Positions 61,030-64,000 of a stretch of 64,000 bases of DNA are shown here, piece after piece; position 1 is the stretch's first letter; each line of letters opens with the position of its first letter. Position numbers and translations under genes: made by a program. The DNA is from Squalus acanthias (lineage: Eukaryota). The notes beneath the pieces were generated by a model. The model was not told where the DNA came from and did no database searches. It saw only the letters and a list, made by a program, of their open reading frames with translations. The stretch covers positions 3,534,001-3,598,000 of the forward strand of contig CM059433.1 in assembly GCA_030390025.1 (NCBI GenBank). Direction: 5' to 3'.

Positions 61030-63770
61030 TGTACAGAGTTACCTGGACACTTTGATCCAGAAGGCAGTCACACCCCTTAGGTTAGGTAGTGGTACAGGTC
61101 TGGTTAGTGGTCAGGGGCAGGAGGGTGTGACTGCAACTCAGGCAGGTAAGGGACCCCAGGTGCAGTGCTGGAGGAGCCTCTGCCTTTGCCCTTGTCCAAT
61201 AGGTATGAGGTTCTTGCTGCCTGTGTGGATGAGGGAAAAGCCTGCAGGATGGATGAGCAAGCTGACCATGGCACCATGGTGCAGGAGGCCTTTCAAGTGG
61301 GGGGAGTGAAAGGGAATGCAGTTGTGGTAGGTGACAGTATAGTCAGGGGGATAGATACTGTTCTCGGCAGCCACGACCAAAGGTTGTGTTGTCTGCCCAG
61401 TGCCAGGGTTAAAGACATCTCCTCGCGACTGGAGAAGAACTTGGAGTGGGAGGGGGAGGATCCAGTTGTTGTGGTCCACGTAGGAACCAATGACAGAGGT
61501 AGAACTAGGAATGAGGTTCTGCTGAGGGAGTTTGAGGATCCAAATTAAAAAGCAGAATCTCAAAGGTAATAATCTTTGGATTGTTGCCTGCAAATTGGCA
61601 TAGGGACAAACAGATTAGAGGTTTAAATGCGTGGCTCAAAGAGTGGTGTGGGAGGGAGGGGTTTCAGTTTGTGGGGCACTGGCAGCAGTACTGGGGAAAG
61701 AGGGAGCTGTTCCGTTGGGACGGGCTCCACTTAAAATGGGCTGGGACCAGTGTCCTAGCGAACTGAATAACTAGGGCAGTAGACAGGGCTTTAAACTAAT
61801 GAAGGAGGGGCGGGAGGATTCAGGAAAGAGTAAATTTAAAAGCAGCGAGAGAAATGTCAAGGCTCTAGAGCAGAGTAGAGTTTTGGGTAAAAATAAGCAG
61901 AGTGGGTCAGGAAGGGACAGAGAGAGTAACAAAGGTAATAAGGCATCAGTGACTAAGGTGACATCAGGGAAAAATAGAAATAAGTCAAAGCTAAAGGCAC
62001 TATATCTGAATGCGCGAAGCATTCGCAACAAAATAGATGAATTAATAGCGCAGATAGAAATTCATAGGTTTGATCTAATAGCCATGACGAAGACGTGGTT
62101 GGAATGTACCAAGGTTGGGAACTAAATATTCCAGGATTCTTAACTTTTAGAAGAGATCGGCAAAATGGAAAAGGAGGAGAGGCAGCCCTGATAATAAAGG
62201 ATGGGATAAAGACAGTAGAGAGAAAGGATCTTAGCTCCAAAAATCAAGAAGTAGAATCAGTTTGGGTGGAGCTAAGAAACAGCAAGGGGCAGAAAACATT
62301 AGTGGGAGTAGTTTATAGGCCCCCTAACAGTAGTTGTAATGTAGGGCAGTGTATAAATCAGGAAATTAGAGGCGCATGTAACAAGGGTAATACAGTAATC
62401 ATGGGGGACATTAATCTACATATAGACTGGGCAAACCAAATTAGCAGTAATAGTGTGGAGGACGAATTCATGGAATGTATACAAGATAGTTTTCTAGATC
62501 AGTATGTTGAGGAACCAACTAGGGAACAGGCTATTTTAGATCTAGTATTGTGCAACAAGAAAGGGTTAATTAATAACCTTGTGGTAAAGGGGTCTTTAGG
62601 GAAGGGTGACCATAATATGATAGAATTTTATATTGAGTTTGAAAGTGATTTAGTTAAATCTGAAACTAGGGTCATAAATCTAAACAAAGCAAACTATGTA
62701 GGTATGAGGGGCGAGTTGGCTAAGGTAGATTGGGAAACTACATTAAATGGTATGATGGTAGAGAAGCAATGGCTCGCATTTAAAGAATTAATACATAATT
62801 TACTGTGGCTAACAAGAGAAGTTAAAGATAGTATTAGATCAAAGGAAAAGGCTTATAATGTTGCCAAAAAGAGTAGTAAGCCTGAGGATTGGGAGGATTT
62901 TAGAATTCAGCAAAGGAGGGCCAAGAAATTAATAAAGAAAGGGAAAATAAAATATGAGAGTAAACTAGCGAGAGACATAAAAACAGATTGTAAAAGCTTC
63001 TATAGGTGTGTAAAAAGGAAAAGATTAGCGAAAGTAAATGTGGATCCCTTACAGGCTGAGACAGGAGAAATTATAATGGGGAATAAGGAAATGGCGAAGA
63101 AATTAAACAAATACTTTGTGTCTGTCTTCACGGAAGAAGACGCAAAAAACTTCCCGGAAATAGTGGAGAACCAAGGGTTTAGCGAGAATGAGGAACTGAA
63201 AGAAATTAGTATTAGCAAAAAAAGTACTGGAGAAATTAATGGGACTGAAAGCCAATAAATCCCCTGGACCTGATGGCCTTCATCCTAGGGTTTTGAAAGA
63301 GGTGGCTACAGAGATAGTGGATGCATTGGTTGTCATTTTCCAAAATTCCATAGATTCTAGAACGGTTCCCGTGGATTGGAAGGTAGCAAATGTAACCCCA
63401 CTATTTAAGAAAGGAGGGAGAGAGAAAACGGGGAACTACAGACCAGTTAGCCAGGGAGTCTAGAAGAAGGGGTCACAGTCTCAGAATAAGGGGTCGGCCG
63501 TTTAGGACTGAGATGGGGAGAAATTTCTTCACTCAGAGGGTGGTGTATCTTTGGAATTCTCTACCCCAGAGGGCTGTGGAGGCTCAGTCGTTGAGCATAT
63601 TCAAGACAGAGATCGATAGATTTTTGGATATTAAGGGAATCAAGGGATATGGGGATAGTGCAGGAAAGTGGAGATGAGGTAGAAGATTAGCCATGATCTT
63701 ATTGAATGGCGGAGCAGGCTCGAGGGGCCAAATGGCCGACTCCTGCTCCTATTTCTTATGTTATTATGTA
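61030..63770 (+). mobile_element. Degenerate CR1 with ORF1 esterase, endonuclease and 3' end but no RT core
   Basis: LSNRYEVL, VVGDSIVRG, HVGTND, DGLHL; LNARSIRNK...YRPP; NYRPVS joined at ~63451 to the ESRRRGHSLRI 3' segment. Confidence 0.88.
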
Positions 63771-64000
63771 CAGATCTATCATTGAAACTTTTCTCTTGTA
63801 TTTTATGTTCCTATGTATAAAATCCAAAATGCTATTGGCCTTTTTATAGCTTTACGTACCTGGATTTGCAGTTTTAGAGAATTAATGGAGTGAACTTCTG
63901 CGGGGGCTCTACTGCTTGTCTGCCGTAACTTCAGCTGAAAAGAGGTTTTCAACATTTTTTCAATTAGATCACAGCTGATCTGTACCTCAGTTCCATTTAC

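Overview
This is repeat-dense vertebrate genomic DNA, almost certainly from a cartilaginous fish (shark or ray), judging by the HE1-type V-SINE, SacSINE1-type DeuSINEs and abundant CR1 LINEs. I could not support any host protein-coding exon, so the window looks intronic or intergenic. Most ORFs in the track belong to transposons, are their antisense shadows, or are artefacts of tandem repeats. Contents: about 18 CR1 LINE pieces, one with an intact 978-aa ORF2; L2 and other LINE fragments; three SINE types; three Penelope-like pieces carrying hammerhead-ribozyme-like motifs, two of them fold-back insertions and one a perfect 85-bp-arm palindrome; many PIF/Harbinger derivatives with Myb-like and transposase remnants plus MITEs; a young CsRn1-lineage Gypsy element with an in-frame deletion of its RT; and two minisatellites. 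The most interesting structure is a 3.85-kb segment (50003-53855) bounded by the outer ends of two different hAT MITEs and an exact 8-bp target-site duplication (TSD). It splits one CR1 3' UTR and carries a ~100-copy 22-bp satellite plus apparently unique DNA, so it looks like a composite eukaryotic transposon. Also notable are covarying hairpins and conserved splice-donor triplets in Harbinger derivatives. Family names come from recognising motifs by eye, not from database searches, and boundaries without a TSD are approximate.
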